A DNA stretch of 33,184 nucleotides from the NCBI GenBank assembly GCA_964453345.1, contig CAYVOC010000016.1:1-33184 (forward strand), given 5' to 3'. The translations under genes were made by a program, and so were the position numbers. The DNA is from an uncultured Aquificales bacterium. GTDB taxonomy: Bacteria > Thermosulfidibacterota > Thermosulfidibacteria > Thermosulfidibacterales > Thermosulfidibacteraceae. Shown in pieces: positions 29,152 to 33,184 of the stretch. How positions within the stretch are numbered: the stretch's first letter is position 1; every line of letters begins with the position of its first letter. Under the pieces are notes generated by a model. The model searched no databases. It had not been told where the DNA came from and saw nothing but the letters and a program-made list of their open reading frames with translations.

Positions 29152-30660
29152 ATGCAGATAAGGGCGGAAGAGATAAGCGAGATTTTGAAGCAGAGGATCG
29201 AAAAATTTGAAAGAACCGTTGAACTTGCCGAAGAGGGTATAGTTACCTTCGTTGGTGACAGGGTTGCCCGTGTTTATGGCCTGGACAACGTCATGTATTC
29301 CGAGATTGTGGAGTTCCCCTCCGGTGTCATGGGTATGGCCTTCAACCTGGAGGAGGACAACGTCGGTGTAATCCTCTTCGGTGACGACACCTACGTTAAG
29401 GAGGGCGACAGGGTAAAGAGAACCGGAAGGATTATATCCGTTCCCGTGGGCAAGGAGCTTCTGGGAAGGGTTGTGAATCCCCTGGGCCAGCCCATAGACG
29501 GATTGGGACCCATTGAGGCGAAGGAGTATTACCCCATTGAGAGGATCGCTCCCGGTATTTGTGATAGAAAGCCGGTTCACGAGCCTCTTCAGACCGGTAT
29601 CAAGGCCATAGACTCCATGATCCCCATTGGAAGGGGACAAAGAGAGCTTATCATCGGCGACCGTCAGACGGGTAAAACCGCCATCGCCATCGATGCCATC
29701 CTCAACCAGAAGAACACCGATGTTTACTGTATATACGTTGCCATAGGACAGAAGCGTTCCACCGTTGCCCAGATAGTGGAGAAGCTGAGACAATACGGTG
29801 CCATGGAATACACCACCGTGGTTGCCGCAACCGCGAGTGATCCTGCGCCTCTGCTCTACATCGCTCCCTACGCCGGTTGCTCCATGGGTGAGTGGTTCAG
29901 GGACAACGGCATGCACGCCCTTGTCGTATACGACGACTTGACCAAGCAGGCGCAGGCCTACAGAGAGGTTTCGCTGCTTCTGAGGCGTCCCCCGGGCCGT
30001 GAGGCCTATCCCGGTGACATCTTTTATTTGCACTCCCGTCTGCTTGAGAGAGCTGCCAAGATGAGTGATGAGAAGGGTGCTGGTTCTCTTACCGCCCTTC
30101 CCATAGTCGAGACCCAGGCGGGAGATATATCCGGATACATTCCCACCAACGTCATCTCCATTACCGACGGACAGATATACCTTGAGTCGGACCTCTTCTA
30201 TAAGGGTATCCGTCCCGCCATTAACGTTGGTCTTTCCGTATCCCGTGTTGGTGGTGCCGCTCAGATAAAGGCCATGAAACAGGTTGCGGGAATGCTTCGT
30301 CTGGATCTTGCCCAGTATAGAGAGATGGAGGCCTTTGCCCAGTTCGCCAGCGAGCTGGACGAGGCAACCAGAAAGCTGCTCATCCGTGGTGAGCGCATGG
30401 TGGAGCTTCTGAAGCAGAAGCAGTATGCTCCCATGCCCGTTGAGGAGCAGATCGCTGTTATCTTCGCCGGTGTCAACGGATACCTTGATGATCTTCCCGT
30501 TGAGGCGGTTTCCAGGTTCGAGCAGGAGTATCTTGAATACTTGAGGTCCAACAGGCCCGAGATACTCCAGGAGATCAGGGAGAAGAAGGAGATTTCCAAG
30601 GAGCTTGAGCAGAAGATGCACGAGGCTGTCAAAGAGTTCAAGAAGAGCTTCGTGGTTTAA
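29152..30660 (+). CDS. atpA: ATP synthase F1 alpha subunit
   Basis: [44 protein letters not shown]; start ATG 29152 (alternative GTG 29143). Confidence 0.97.
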   Translation: MQIRAEEISEILKQRIEKFERTVELAEEGIVTFVGDRVARVYGLDNVMYSEIVEFPSGVMGMAFNLEEDNVGVILFGDDTYVKEGDRVKRTGRIISVPVGKELLGRVVNPLGQPIDGLGPIEAKEYYPIERIAPGICDRKPVHEPLQTGIKAIDSMIPIGRGQRELIIGDRQTGKTAIAIDAILNQKNTDVYCIYVAIGQKRSTVAQIVEKLRQYGAMEYTTVVAATASDPAPLLYIAPYAGCSMGEWFRDNGMHALVVYDDLTKQAQAYREVSLLLRRPPGREAYPGDIFYLHSRLLERAAKMSDEKGAGSLTALPIVETQAGDISGYIPTNVISITDGQIYLESDLFYKGIRPAINVGLSVSRVGGAAQIKAMKQVAGMLRLDLAQYREMEAFAQFASELDEATRKLLIRGERMVELLKQKQYAPMPVEEQIAVIFAGVNGYLDDLPVEAVSRFEQEYLEYLRSNRPEILQEIREKKEISKELEQKMHEAVKEFKKSFVV

Positions 30661-30672
30661 GGGGAGGCGGTC

Positions 30673-31548
30673 ATGGCAAGCCTCCGAGATATGAGAAGGA
30701 AGATAGCGAGCGTCAAAAGCACCCAGAAGATCACCAACACCATGAAGCTTGTTGCCGCCGCCAAGTTCAGGCGTGCGCAGATGGATATACTGAGCCTGCG
30801 TCCCTACGCATACAGGATGCACGAGATGCTCTCATCCCTTGCGGCAAGAGCGGCAGAGGGGGTTCATCCCCTGCTGGAGAGGAGGGAGGAGAAAAAAATC
30901 CTGCTTGTGGTGGTCACCTCCGACAGGGGACTCTGCGGTGCCTTCAACACCAACATACTGAGGCGGATGGAGCAGTTTGTTGAGGAGAAGGAGGCTGAGG
31001 GTAAAGAGGTCGGTCTGCTGCTCATAGGGAGAAAGGCAAGGGACTATGTGGAGAGAAGAAGGGATAGATATAATGTGGAAAAGATTTATATAAATCTCTT
31101 CCTTAAAAGGGTGAGGTTTGAGGATGCTGCTCAGATTGCCGATTATCTCGCCCAGAGCTACATTTCCGGCAGATACGATGCGGTTTACGTGCTCTACAAC
31201 GAGTTTAAATCGGCCATAAGGCAGGAAGTGGTGGTTGAGCAGTTCATCCCCATCAAGCCCATGGAGCTGAGAGAGCCTGATGTTCCCGTTGACTTTATAT
31301 ATGAACCCTCAAGGGATGAGGTCTTGAGCGAGCTTCTGCCCCTGCACCTCAGAACCCAGATGTATAGGGTGTTTCTGGAGTCCGCCGCCAGTGAGCATGG
31401 TGCCCGTATGACCAGCATGGACAACGCCACCAAGAACGCAGAGGAGATGATAAGAAAGCTTACCCTCGAATACAACAAGGCCCGCCAGGCTTCCATTACC
31501 AAGGAGTTGCTGGAGATTGTGGCGGGTGCTGAGGCATTAAAAGGTTAA
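30673..31548 (+). CDS. atpG: ATP synthase F1 gamma subunit
   Basis: [42 protein letters not shown]. Confidence 0.97.
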   Translation: MASLRDMRRKIASVKSTQKITNTMKLVAAAKFRRAQMDILSLRPYAYRMHEMLSSLAARAAEGVHPLLERREEKKILLVVVTSDRGLCGAFNTNILRRMEQFVEEKEAEGKEVGLLLIGRKARDYVERRRDRYNVEKIYINLFLKRVRFEDAAQIADYLAQSYISGRYDAVYVLYNEFKSAIRQEVVVEQFIPIKPMELREPDVPVDFIYEPSRDEVLSELLPLHLRTQMYRVFLESAASEHGARMTSMDNATKNAEEMIRKLTLEYNKARQASITKELLEIVAGAEALKG

Positions 31549-32979
<1,431 letters not shown>

Positions 32980-32981
32980 CC

Positions 32982-33184
32982 ATGGGAAAGCTGCAGCTTG
33001 AGATAGCAACACCGGAGAAGCTTGTCTTTTCTGGTGAGGTGGATTACGTGACGGCTCCCGGTGGGCTGGGTGAGTTCACCGTCCTCCCCAAGCACACCCC
33101 TCTTCTCACCACCATCTCTCCGGGGATTGTGAGATTTGGAAGCGGATCTGAAGAGAAGATGTATGCTGTTGGCTGGGGTTATGC
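32982..33184 (+). CDS. atpC: ATP synthase F1 epsilon subunit; partial, runs off the right edge
   Basis: Not in the ORF track. Manual translation [43 protein letters not shown]...; SD AAGGAG. Confidence 0.93.
   Translation, partial: MGKLQLEIATPEKLVFSGEVDYVTAPGGLGEFTVLPKHTPLLTTISPGIVRFGSGSEEKMYAVGWGY

Noticed and set aside
29068..30822. 584-aa antisense ORF opposite atpA
   Set aside because: Typical antisense shadow of a highly expressed gene; no independent coding evidence.

Overview
A gene-dense chromosomal segment from a bacterium. It is probably an anaerobic thermophile with an outer membrane (inferred from K/E/R-rich proteins, frequent AGG/ATA codons, PpiD, DegP, a LolA-fold protein and IorA); the gene order resembles Desulfobacterota/Aquificota/Deferribacterota-type genomes, but I cannot fix the taxon. 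Left to right: (i) a minus-strand cluster of PP2C phosphatase, Zn-dependent dehydrogenase and the start of an AAA_14-type ATPase, divergent from a PfkB/FruK kinase; (ii) a Bacillus-type beta-oxidation operon (TetR FadR, fadN, fadA, fadE) with a FadR box, then a secreted LolA-fold protein, fadD and a soluble PAS hybrid kinase; (iii) on the minus strand, ppiD-pyrR-pyrB-tsaE-ubiA/mqnP and paaK-ACT-paaK-iorA-degP with no iorB; (iv) hemH-hemY-parA-parB and a split F1Fo operon (atpF', atpF, H, A, G, D, partial C). I found no rRNA, tRNA, CRISPR array, IS or prophage. The region is mostly housekeeping and I cannot claim a clearly new system. The best leads are the LolA-fold gene coupled to fadD, the paaK/ACT/iorA module lacking iorB, a recurring TT(G/T)Ann-N14-TGn-TA promoter architecture often lacking the -7T, and several operator-like palindromes. 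All family calls come from recognising motifs by eye; no searches were run.
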